From Octopus vulgaris (Eukaryota): a DNA stretch of 64,000 nt. A program made the translations under genes and the position numbers. The notes below the pieces were generated by a model. It worked only from the letters and a program-made list of their open reading frames with translations. It did no database searches and had not been told where the DNA came from. This document shows positions 63,909 through 64,000 of the stretch, piece by piece (positions within the stretch are counted from its first letter, which is position 1; the number at the start of each line of letters is the position of its first letter). The stretch spans positions 168,826,001-168,890,000 of the forward strand of contig OX597816.1 in assembly GCA_951406725.2 (NCBI GenBank). Reading direction: 5' to 3'.

Positions 63909-64000
63909 ATATATATACATGTATATATACATATATACACACATATATATATGCATATATATACATATATATATACACATATATACACACATATATATAC

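Overview
AT-rich, repeat-dense animal DNA; the SINE, RTE and microsatellite content suggests an octopus (inference). It holds one protein-coding gene on the minus strand: a Hippo/MST1-2 (STK3/4) kinase with 12 phase-consistent coding exons from 41123 to the stop at 13946 (about 507 codons). The start-codon exon was not found. The rest is tRNA-derived SINEs, RTE and CR1-like LINE relics, Penelope-like (GIY-YIG) relics, Helitrons, hAT and Tc1/mariner relics, palindromic MITEs and microsatellites. Main points: (1) minimal type I hammerhead-ribozyme motifs at five loci, including a palindromic tRNA-headed hammerhead element at about 55549-56105; (2) a candidate alternative last exon that would replace the SARAH domain with a CaaX-ended tail; (3) tandem in-frame GC/GT donors before the SARAH exon. 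Exon, TSD and ribozyme coordinates were read by hand; other repeat boundaries are approximate.
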